NCBI GenBank assembly: GCA_942492025.1
Contig: CALODJ010000003.1
Coordinates: 79,648-143,647, forward strand
Reading direction: 5' to 3'
Source of the DNA: an uncultured Gammaproteobacteria bacterium
GTDB taxonomy: Bacteria; Pseudomonadota; Gammaproteobacteria; SZUA-229
Length of the DNA stretch: 64,000 nt
Position numbers and translations under genes: made by a program
The notes under the pieces: model-generated
What the model was told of the DNA's origin: nothing
Databases searched by the model: none
The model's input: the letters and a program-made list of their open reading frames with translations, nothing else
Shown: positions 34,005-42,441 of the stretch, piece after piece
Layout of the letters: each line of letters opens with the position of its first letter
Position numbering within the stretch: position 1 is the stretch's first letter

Positions 34005-35018
34005 ATGAATTACTGTGGCATAGATGTAGCGAGCAAATCAAGCGATATCAGCATTATTGACGAGGTCGGCAACCAGCTAAGACGCCAGGAGATAGCAACC
34101 GAGGCCGGAGATATTACCGGGGCACTCGCGGGTTATGGCAAGTTAGTCGTCATCATTGAGGCCCACCCGCTGGCCGAGACCGTGGCCCGGATCGTTGAAG
34201 AGGCGGGACATAAAGCGGTGATCATCGATGCGCGAGCAGCGAAGAATCTGATGTCGGCGATGAAGAAGACCGATCGTCGCGACGCGCAGACGCTGGCCGA
34301 GATTGGGCGCTGCGGTTGGTATATTGAAGTGCACCGCAAAAGTGCGGCAGCGCGGGAGATGCGCAGTATATTGCAGGCTCGGCAAGCGCTGCTGAAGAGT
34401 AGCAAGGCACTGGCATCGAGTATCCGTGGTTTATTGCGTGCCCACGGTATTCGGCTGGGTAAAGTGAGCAAGGGGCAGTTTGCTGCCCAAGTGACGAAGG
34501 CCGCCGAACAGGAGGTTCCGGGCTTAGTGCCGGCGCTGAGTGGAATGCTGGAGGCGTGGCTGGTGGCTGAGGAACGCGCAGAGCAGATCAAGCAAGCGCT
34601 GGTGGCGGCCTGCCAACAAGATAAGATCAGTGCGTGTCTGGAGAGTACCCCGGGGATAGGCCCGATAATCAGCACCGCCTATCGAGCCACCATTGATGAT
34701 CCGCACCGGTTCAAGTGCGGTGATGAAGTGAGCGATTACCTGGGGTTGGTGCCCCGTATCTACCAATCCGGTGACGTGGAGTACCGCGGGAGCATCACCA
34801 AAGAAGGTGATGGTCTATTACGGTCGCTGTTGGTTGAAGGCGCGCATGTGCTGTTAACGCGTGGCCAGGATTGTGCCCTGAAGCGCTGGGGTCTGTCACT
34901 GGAGAAGCGCAAAGGCAGCGCCAAAGCCAAAGTAGCGGTCGCCCGCAAGCTGGCAGTACTACTGTGGCGTCTGTGGAAGGAAGAAAAGATGTTTGAGGCT
35001 TTCCCACAGACGGTTTAA
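34005..35018 (+). CDS. IS110-family DEDD recombinase/transposase
   Basis: YCGIDVASK, IIEAHP, KTDRRDA (RuvC-like DEDD); PGIGP, YLGLVPRIYQSG (catalytic Ser), ITKEGDGLLRSLL, KAKVAVARKL. Confidence 0.95.
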   Translation: MNYCGIDVASKSSDISIIDEVGNQLRRQEIATEAGDITGALAGYGKLVVIIEAHPLAETVARIVEEAGHKAVIIDARAAKNLMSAMKKTDRRDAQTLAEIGRCGWYIEVHRKSAAAREMRSILQARQALLKSSKALASSIRGLLRAHGIRLGKVSKGQFAAQVTKAAEQEVPGLVPALSGMLEAWLVAEERAEQIKQALVAACQQDKISACLESTPGIGPIISTAYRATIDDPHRFKCGDEVSDYLGLVPRIYQSGDVEYRGSITKEGDGLLRSLLVEGAHVLLTRGQDCALKRWGLSLEKRKGSAKAKVAVARKLAVLLWRLWKEEKMFEAFPQTV

Positions 35019-35080
35019 AAAAGAATAACTGGGCCCGACAGTTTGGAAATCGGGAGTTAAGAAGGACTGGTTGATTGACT

Positions 35081-35218
35081 ACCAGGCTCGGTCGCACCGA
35101 CCACGATAGCCGCTAGGGGCAATGTGTTGACCCCGTGTAGGAGATGAACAGGCGGTGCGCTCCGATTACATCTTGTCGGCGCCTAATGGCGACCACGTAG
35201 AGAAGCCTGAAACCTGGT
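35081..35218 (+). ncRNA. Predicted bridge/seek RNA core of the IS1111-type element (true ends unknown, within 35019-35253)
   Basis: Two stem-closed internal loops carrying four guides matching the element's target and donor junctions (see findings). Confidence 0.85.
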
Positions 35219-35321
35219 GGGCAAAGACCATTACAAATTAACCAGATTAGTGGTTGACAAAGACGGCTGCTTTAGAGAAGCGGCTAAGGACACTGTAACT
35301 ACGCTGAATAATCAAGAAGCC

Positions 35322-35397
35322 GTAGGGTGCGCCGTGCGCACCATGAAGGTGTCAGTTCAGACATGGTAATGGTTCTGGTGCGCACGGCGCACCCTAC
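35322..35397. repeat. GTAG-type REP doublet
   Basis: Perfect 21-bp inverted pair, 34-nt spacer. Confidence 0.88.
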
Positions 35398-35474
35398 CGT
35401 AATGTTGACACGCTGTATTACCGGGCCGACACATTTTCCTGGCTTAAGTATCGTTCAGTTCTGAACACAAGCGT

Positions 35475-37781
35475 TTATTCGCCAGACTTGCTGTCTGGCA
35501 ATGTCTTGACGTGTACATCGCGCTGCGGGAATGGAATTTCAATGCCTTGTTCGCGGAAGGCCTTGTCTATTGCAAAGTTGAGGTTGCTGATCGTGCTCAG
35601 GCGGCGATCAACATCGTAGAGATGTACGCGTAGTTCGAAGTCCAGCGAGCTGTCTCCAAAGCCACGGAATAAAACGAGTGGCTTGGGCGAGGTTCCGTCT
35701 TTGACAACCAGATCATTCTCCTCTGCAACCTGTGTCATTATATTTCTAACTTTTTCTGTGTCGCTGCCATAGGCCACACCAACATTTACTATGGCGCGGC
35801 CGCGAATGTCATCTAGCATATAGTTGGTAACCTGGTTGGAAATCAGCTCTGAATTGGGAACGATGACATCAGAACGATCAAAGGTAATGATACGTGTTGA
35901 GCGTATGCGGATGTCTTTTACATAACCTTCAGTTGTGCCAACCTGTATCCAATCACCTTTTCTTATCGGTCTTTCAAATAAGAGTATCAGCCCGGAGACA
36001 AAGTTATTGACTATATTCTGTAAACCAAAACCAATGCCCACCGATAACGCGCCGAATATGATGGCAATATTACTGAAGTCAAATCCTGCGACGGACAGAG
36101 CCACCAGAGCAGCAATCACGAACATGATATATCCGGTGATAGTGACAATGGCTTCGCGGCCACCGCGCTCGATCGATGTTTTTGGCAGCCAGTTTGTGTC
36201 AAGCTGGCGTTTGATCGCGCCGGTTGAGATGATAATCAGGGCAAAGAAGAATACTGACAGGAGGAACTTGCTGGGAACGATTCTGAATTCACCAATAGTG
36301 AATCCATTGACCAGGTAGTTGCGTGCGTGTGCAATGGTCGCACCCGTCTGGTCAAATGAACTCAGTAGTATATAGGCAAACACGCCCCAGATGATGATGG
36401 TCGTCAGTAGCCGTATCCATACCAGACCCGGTAGTCTCTTTTTATCTTCAACACCGAGTTTTACATGCAGGCGCCGGGTCCATTCATAGGTGCCGTCGTC
36501 CATGGCATTGAACAGGTCCTGAAATAATTTTGATACAGTGGTCAATGCAGCGAAGGTAATGAATATTAGAAATATATATTGTCGACCAGCCAGGCCGATG
36601 TTTCTGTAACCCGACCACTCGGCCATTAATGTCAGTGCAAAAAGAACGATCACCGTTATAAACAGCCACCTGAATCTGCTGAGTTTTGGCGACCTGAACA
36701 AAACGAGAAATAACCAGATCAGGTTGAGAACAATCAATAACGAAAAAACATCTCTGAGTAATAAGAGATTACTTTCGGGTATACTTTCTGAAAATATCGT
36801 GTAGAAGGCCATATAGCCAAGGAAAGACAGCAGCGCGAGTATGTGCAACCTGCGCGAGAGTTTTTCAGGAATGCCGGGTGTGAAATCGATAAACACTTGC
36901 GCGGGTTTTACCGGTGAAAAGATAAACCTGACAACTGCAATGAAAGCGAGATAAATCAGAAAACCTATGGCCAATGTTGTAATGAAGGGTGTCGGCTTAA
37001 TGCCCCGTGTTGTTACATACAGAATTAATGCGGTGGATGAGGCGCCGAACAGCCAGGGTGCATAATGTGCAAAGGTAGTTATTGCAGCTCGTGTGAAATT
37101 CTCCACATAGTCATCGATCCATTCGACGGAGCTCTCCAGTTTCAACAAGGTTTTGCGTATCCACACGCCAATGAGGATCAACAGGACCACAATGGATACA
37201 TCCACCAGGACCATGGGCATATCGAGCGCTTGCAGACCAGCATGCTTCCAGAAAAACGTACCAGAATCGGCGATGAGTTCGAACGGGCTTTTCAGGTATT
37301 CGATAACCAGGGTGTAAATGTTCGGTCCGCGTATAAAATATTTTTCCTTGAAGTAGGATGTTTCTGCCAGACCTATTTGCTCATTGGCATCATCGCTGTG
37401 CTGTTTGAACAGATTGCATTGGGCCAGCATCTTATCCAGCTTATCTCGCGCTGATTGCAGCTCTTTTCGCTTAACTGTTACTGCTTTTGTTTCGTCTTTT
37501 ACTGCTTCGCCCAGCCCGTCCAGCGATTCCTGTATCTTCTTTAGTTTTGCTTCATTTTCATCGATACAGACCGAAGCTTTACTGCCGAGCTTGATTGTGA
37601 TCTTGGTCCATTTGGCCAAGTCTTCCTTTTCGTAGTTTCCGCGATCCAGCTTGAAGGTGATGGTTTTAATCTGTTTGGACAGGGCTTCCAGTTCTTTATA
37701 TTCCTCATCGGCAGATACCAAGGATGTTGCTGTGGTTAGCAACAGCAATAGCGTTGTGAGTATGAATTTAAATGGTTTCAT
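35475..37781 (-). CDS. Large MscS-family mechanosensitive channel (MscK-like)
   Basis: Signal peptide, periplasmic coiled coil, many TMs, ALSVGIGFGLQNIVNNFVSGLILLFERPIRKGDWI, VIVPNS, IEIPFPQRDV. Confidence 0.9.
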   Translation of the reverse strand: MKPFKFILTTLLLLLTTATSLVSADEEYKELEALSKQIKTITFKLDRGNYEKEDLAKWTKITIKLGSKASVCIDENEAKLKKIQESLDGLGEAVKDETKAVTVKRKELQSARDKLDKMLAQCNLFKQHSDDANEQIGLAETSYFKEKYFIRGPNIYTLVIEYLKSPFELIADSGTFFWKHAGLQALDMPMVLVDVSIVVLLILIGVWIRKTLLKLESSVEWIDDYVENFTRAAITTFAHYAPWLFGASSTALILYVTTRGIKPTPFITTLAIGFLIYLAFIAVVRFIFSPVKPAQVFIDFTPGIPEKLSRRLHILALLSFLGYMAFYTIFSESIPESNLLLLRDVFSLLIVLNLIWLFLVLFRSPKLSRFRWLFITVIVLFALTLMAEWSGYRNIGLAGRQYIFLIFITFAALTTVSKLFQDLFNAMDDGTYEWTRRLHVKLGVEDKKRLPGLVWIRLLTTIIIWGVFAYILLSSFDQTGATIAHARNYLVNGFTIGEFRIVPSKFLLSVFFFALIIISTGAIKRQLDTNWLPKTSIERGGREAIVTITGYIMFVIAALVALSVAGFDFSNIAIIFGALSVGIGFGLQNIVNNFVSGLILLFERPIRKGDWIQVGTTEGYVKDIRIRSTRIITFDRSDVIVPNSELISNQVTNYMLDDIRGRAIVNVGVAYGSDTEKVRNIMTQVAEENDLVVKDGTSPKPLVLFRGFGDSSLDFELRVHLYDVDRRLSTISNLNFAIDKAFREQGIEIPFPQRDVHVKTLPDSKSGE

Positions 37782-38965
37782 TCGTACCGGGTTTCCACGT
37801 TGCTAGCCTTGCTGAATCTAAGAACAAGAAAACCAACTATGCCAGAAAGGAAAGAAGCCACGAGTATTGCCAGCCTGTCGGCATATTCATACAGGGCATC
37901 GTCCTTGAAAGCCAGCGAGTCGACAAAAAGACTCATCGTGAAGCCAATGCCCGTCAATACGGCAACACCGTATAACTGCAGCCAGTTGGCGTTGGCCGGC
38001 AATGTAGCCAGTTTCAGTTTGATAGCGATGAAGCTGAAAAGAAAAACACCAATCTGTTTGCCGAAGAAAAGCCCGGTCATGATGCCGACGGGCACAGAGC
38101 CCAGCATGCTGGCGAACGAGACCTGGCGTAAATCCACACCGGCATTGACAAATGCAAACATCGGCAATACAAAAAAAGCCACCCAGAAGTGTAAATCCTC
38201 TTCGATCGATTTCGACAGTGAGAATTCGTTGCCCTGCTTGTCGGTTGATTTGAGCGGTATGGTGAAGGCGAGTGCAACACCGGCAAGCGTCGCGTGTACA
38301 CCGGATTTGAGCACACTGACCCACAAAATAACGCCGACAATGATGTAGGCGGCTTTTTTTACGACACCGCGGTGATTCATGAATATCAACGTGGCGATAG
38401 CCAACAGTGCAATTGTTATCGACAGGGTTGACAGTTCGGCCGTATAGAAGATCGCGATGATAATGATCGCGCCCAGGTCATCGATGATGGCTAGCGCGAG
38501 CAGGAAGACTTTTAATGAGGCGGGTACCCTTTTGCCCAGTAATGAGAGGATGCCAAGTGCGAAAGCGATATCGGTTGCCGTTGGAATCGCCCAGCCCTGC
38601 ATGCCAATAGGCTGATCCTGGTTAAAGTAGATATAAAAAAGGGCAGGAACAACCATGCCGCCCAGCGCAGCAATCCCGGGTAGTGCGACCTGTGACAGGG
38701 TGGAAAGATGACCCTCGATGATTTCACGCTTGACTTCAAGACCGATCAACAAAAAGAAAACGGCCATCAGACCGTCGTTTATCCATAGATACAGCGGCTT
38801 GTCAATGTGTAATGCGCCAAACCGGATTTCAACCGGTGTGTGGAGAAAGGCATTGTATATCTCTGATAGCGCTGAATTTTTTAGTAACAGGGCGAGTAGG
38901 GTCACAAAAATCAAAACGATTCCTGATGAAGACTCCTTTTTAATAAATTCTTCTAAAAAGTTCAT
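37778..38965 (-). CDS. nhaA: Na+/H+ antiporter NhaA
   Basis: WINDGLMAVFFLLIGLEVKRE, GWAIPTATDIAFA, LAIIDDLGAI, SGVHATLAGV, GIGFTMSLF. Confidence 0.96.
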   Translation of the reverse strand: MNFLEEFIKKESSSGIVLIFVTLLALLLKNSALSEIYNAFLHTPVEIRFGALHIDKPLYLWINDGLMAVFFLLIGLEVKREIIEGHLSTLSQVALPGIAALGGMVVPALFYIYFNQDQPIGMQGWAIPTATDIAFALGILSLLGKRVPASLKVFLLALAIIDDLGAIIIIAIFYTAELSTLSITIALLAIATLIFMNHRGVVKKAAYIIVGVILWVSVLKSGVHATLAGVALAFTIPLKSTDKQGNEFSLSKSIEEDLHFWVAFFVLPMFAFVNAGVDLRQVSFASMLGSVPVGIMTGLFFGKQIGVFLFSFIAIKLKLATLPANANWLQLYGVAVLTGIGFTMSLFVDSLAFKDDALYEYADRLAILVASFLSGIVGFLVLRFSKASNVETRYE

Positions 38966-39103
38966 GTTCGACCTGTTGCCTTCTGTTGTTTTTTACAAGG
39001 TGGATTGTGCCAAAAAATCAGGAAAGAATGCAATTATACCGATCTCAAGCGGGTGCCGGACAATCATTCGAAGATGACACCTTTCTGCAATAGACGGGCT
39101 AGC

Positions 39104-39130
39104 AGCCCGCATTTCTCACCAGGCGGGCTA
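39104..39130. repeat. TAGCCCGCA-family repeat end forming a hairpin at the DUF4156 stop
   Basis: AGCCCGCATTTCTCACCAGGCGGGCTA; first 20 nt identical to the MITE TIR. Confidence 0.7.
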
Positions 39131-39496
39131 GATGGGAGGTTTGGAACAGGTGTAAGCCTGGCCGAGCAGGGTGACAGATGTCGCGAAGTCAATATTTTTA
39201 AAGATAACAACCGTATTGGCCCCCATGCTGTGAGCCCTGTTCTTTATGTCATTCAGCGCGCCCTGGGTCAGGTTGGTATTGCTGATAAACAGGTAAGTAT
39301 ACCAATGGCCTTCGCTCCCGATCACTTCGCCCAGGCGGGTGCAGCTGCGTTCCAAAGATTCCAGGACATCCTTGTCGATGACGGTCGAAATAAAATACAG
39401 GCGTACTTTATCTGAGGCACCATCGGTTCGAATAATCGTTGTACAGGAGCCAAGCAGGATCACGAGCAGTGCAGTGAATAAGCGTCTTGTGTTCAT
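39128..39496 (-). CDS. DUF4156-like lipoprotein
   Basis: LLGSC lipobox; CTRLGEVIGSEGHWY; ALNDIKNRAHSMGANTV. Confidence 0.7.
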   Translation of the reverse strand: MNTRRLFTALLVILLGSCTTIIRTDGASDKVRLYFISTVIDKDVLESLERSCTRLGEVIGSEGHWYTYLFISNTNLTQGALNDIKNRAHSMGANTVVIFKNIDFATSVTLLGQAYTCSKPPI

Positions 39497-39667
39497 ATTG
39501 TTGTAAGCGTATCGGCCTGGCCAAAGAATGATAGTCTTTATATTGAATGGCGACCTGGATTTGATGACAAGAATAGATTATAGCGCTAAAACACAAACAT
39601 CGACGCGGACGAGAGGGGCTGGTTAAACAGGGTAGACATGACCCATAAGATGCGTCATCGAGGTCGA

Positions 39668-40810
39668 TCAATATTCATAACTGACGCCGAGTGTCAGACG
39701 ATAATCATCTTTTAGCGGAATAATGCCGTCATCACCTGCAGTTGGATTGCTGATATGGTCCCAGATGAATGAGATATCGAAATCGAAAGAGCCGATGATT
39801 TCACTTTCGAAGGTGGTGACCATATGATGAGTGTATCCACCTGATGCTTTATTGCCCCATGTTGTGCTGTAACTATAAATAAAGTCGAGCTTTTTGGTCA
39901 ATTCAATATCATAATCTGTACCCACAACCAGCACCGGTGTGGTTTCCTTGATGTTTTCTCCAGGTTGAACCGAAACGAAACGCGTGGCCTGGTAGGCAGG
40001 TCCACCGGCGATGTTCCAGTTGGTCCTGCTGGTATCGATAATGGTGTAACCCAAACCGGTACCAAGCGTGACTCGTGAGTCGATATTGGAAAATGGATCT
40101 CTGTAATACTCGCCGAAGATGGGACGTAAAAAGAAGCGCCGCGATTTAAACAGGTCATGTGTCGCGGAAATACGATGGTTGTTCGTCGTTTGTAGATCCT
40201 GAGCATTCGATATATTACCGATATAATCGGCTACGAATCTTGAAAAGGACGTCTGGCGCCTGATATTGGCTTTGGCGTTGTAGTCGACCTGGTCGGTATT
40301 GCCGCTTCGAACGATAAGACCAAGGGTAATCTTTGCTGACCAGTAATCTGATTCTTCTTCGCCGCCGGTAATAAACGAAACCAGTCGCGAGCGGTCGAAT
40401 TCTACAGGCTCGTTGCCATTGGTTACGATTATCTTGGTTTCGTTTATTTCGAAGTAGCCATAGACAGTTCCATGACCTTCAATGTAGGCGCTACCGGGGA
40501 TATGGGTTTCAACATACCTGACATCTTCCCAGTCAAGTGTGAGCAGGTCCAGCTTGTCGCTGTCGAACTCGAGACTGTCTTTATACAGACCTTTGATCTC
40601 ACCCTTGAGCCATTCACCTGAAACCAGTTGCACCCAGTCGAAATCGATGACCGTTGGCTTCGAGGTCTCCCATTGGAAGGTTTTTTCCATATATTCCCTG
40701 TCGGCTTCCTCAGTTGGTATGTCGATTGGTTCCTGGGCGTGTGCGCTGCCGATCAATACAGGCAGGCAGCAGCAGGCAAATGCCAGATGTCGGGTTTTTC
40801 CTGTGAGCAC
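39668..40810 (-). CDS. DUF481-like outer-membrane beta-barrel protein
   Basis: Signal peptide, DWVQLVSGEWLKGEIK N-domain, RVTLGTGLGY, C-terminal LGVSYEY beta-signal. Confidence 0.7.
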   Translation of the reverse strand: MLTGKTRHLAFACCCLPVLIGSAHAQEPIDIPTEEADREYMEKTFQWETSKPTVIDFDWVQLVSGEWLKGEIKGLYKDSLEFDSDKLDLLTLDWEDVRYVETHIPGSAYIEGHGTVYGYFEINETKIIVTNGNEPVEFDRSRLVSFITGGEEESDYWSAKITLGLIVRSGNTDQVDYNAKANIRRQTSFSRFVADYIGNISNAQDLQTTNNHRISATHDLFKSRRFFLRPIFGEYYRDPFSNIDSRVTLGTGLGYTIIDTSRTNWNIAGGPAYQATRFVSVQPGENIKETTPVLVVGTDYDIELTKKLDFIYSYSTTWGNKASGGYTHHMVTTFESEIIGSFDFDISFIWDHISNPTAGDDGIIPLKDDYRLTLGVSYEY

Positions 40811-40842
40811 GGTGTTTGTTCTTTTAATATAATGAAGCGGCG

Positions 40843-41097
40843 TTATTCTACGAGGTCATCCAGCTTGTCTTCCATGTGCAGCTCGGTCAGTTCAGTAAAG
40901 CCACCGATCCACTTACCGTCAATTGCGATCTGAGGCACCGTGCGTGCGCCATTGGTGATACGACTGAACTCGCGGCGTGCGGCCATGTCTGTGTCTATAC
41001 GAGCCTCATCATAGGGAATACCCCACTTGCTCAGCAGTGATTTGGTTTTTTCGCAGATGGGGCAGATGCCGGTGCTGAATACTTTTACTCTGGCCAT
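40843..41097 (-). CDS. Glutaredoxin (Grx3-like)
   Basis: CPIC active site, TVPQIAIDGKWIGGF. Confidence 0.9.
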   Translation of the reverse strand: MARVKVFSTGICPICEKTKSLLSKWGIPYDEARIDTDMAARREFSRITNGARTVPQIAIDGKWIGGFTELTELHMEDKLDDLVE

Positions 41098-41189
41098 GGT
41101 TATTTTGTTTAAAACATCACTAATAGGTTGTTTCTATGGCAAATTTATTGTGTGAAAATGAGCTGCACTTTCAACAGGGCAGATTTTAC

Positions 41190-42245
41190 ATGAGTTTCAA
41201 GGTAAGCGTGCCAGCAAGCGGCCACGAATTCAGCGTCGAGCAAGGCGAGACCATACTCGAAGCCGCGCTGCGCCAGGGTGTCGGTCTGCCCTACGGCTGT
41301 CGTAACGGCGCTTGTGGCAAATGTGCCGGTGAGTTGATTTCGGGTGAAGTCAATTATGCCAAGGAACTGAGCAGCCTTGCGTTGGATCAGCAAAAGCAGG
41401 GCAAGACATTATTCTGTCAGGCTCAGCCTCAAAGCAATGTTGAGATCAGGGTTCGCGAAATAAGCACGGGTCGCGATGTGGAGATCAAGACCCTGCCTTG
41501 CCGTGTGGAGTCAATGCAGCTGTTGACCCATGACATCATGAAACTTCAACTTAAACTGCCTGAAACAGAGCGGCTGCAGTTTCTCGCAGGGCAGTATATC
41601 GAGTTCCTGCTCAAAGACGGCAAGCGCCGTGCTTTTTCAATCGCAAATGCGCCGCACGATGACGAATTTATTGAACTGCATATCCGTCACGTTCCTGACG
41701 GTCAGTTTGGTGACTATGTGTTCGATGGCATGAAGGTCAAGGAATTGATGCGACTGGAAGGACCGCTCGGTAGTTTTTACTTGCGCGAAGCATCCGACCG
41801 ACCGATTATCATGATGGGGGGTGGTACCGGTTTTGCACCCTTGAAGGGTATGCTCGAGCATGCCTTTCATATCAATCTGAACAGGCCGGTACATCTTTTT
41901 TGTGGTGTGCGTGCTCGCAAGGACCTGTACATGGATGCAATCGTCAATAGCTGGCTGCGGCAGCATGATAACTTGAAGTACACACCGGTGCTGTCTGAAC
42001 CTGAAGCGAAGGATAACTGGCAGGGTCAAACCGGTTTTGTTCACGAAGCGATTATAGAACAATATCCTGACTTAAGCGGTTATGACGTGTACATGAGCGG
42101 GCCGCCTCCAATGATCAAGGCCGGCATGGATGCGTTTTATGCTCACGGTTTGCCGGAAACCCAGATCTATTCCGATTCGTTTGAATATTCCGATGATGCA
42201 CTGCGGGCGATGGGTATTACCAAGCCCAGGACAGATGCTAGCTGA
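41190..42245 (+). CDS. 2Fe-2S ferredoxin:NAD(P)H reductase (CDP-6-deoxy-delta-3,4-glucoseen reductase family)
   Basis: LPYGCRNGACGKC 2Fe-2S motif, RRAFSIANAP, GGTGFAP, VYMSGPPPM. Confidence 0.88.
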   Translation: MSFKVSVPASGHEFSVEQGETILEAALRQGVGLPYGCRNGACGKCAGELISGEVNYAKELSSLALDQQKQGKTLFCQAQPQSNVEIRVREISTGRDVEIKTLPCRVESMQLLTHDIMKLQLKLPETERLQFLAGQYIEFLLKDGKRRAFSIANAPHDDEFIELHIRHVPDGQFGDYVFDGMKVKELMRLEGPLGSFYLREASDRPIIMMGGGTGFAPLKGMLEHAFHINLNRPVHLFCGVRARKDLYMDAIVNSWLRQHDNLKYTPVLSEPEAKDNWQGQTGFVHEAIIEQYPDLSGYDVYMSGPPPMIKAGMDAFYAHGLPETQIYSDSFEYSDDALRAMGITKPRTDAS

Positions 42246-42441
42246 AGGATTCAGGTAATATCGACGGGCAGTCAATACTGTTGACATACCAAACGAATGT
42301 GACCTTCTAACCAATACGACTTCCTATATTGCCGCAAAGGTGCAGAGAAGACTGCCGGTTTTCGTAGTAGCGACTTTAGTCGCGGATTGCAGATGTTCGC
42401 GACTAAAGTCGCTCCGGGTAATCGAAATTCTCTGCGCAATT

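Larger units (their letters stand above)
33894..35278 (+). mobile_element. IS110-family (IS1111-type) insertion sequence
   Basis: GAGA core at both ends (33894-33897, 35275-35278); subterminal IRs AAGCAGCC (33904-33911) / GGCTGCTT (35265-35272); TTGACA at 35254-35259; long non-coding region 3' of the transposase. Confidence 0.88.

Noticed and set aside
35279-35397. IS1111 targeting the adjacent REP
   Set aside because: The insertion point is 43 bp from the REP, and neither the reconstructed target nor the guides match the REP sequence
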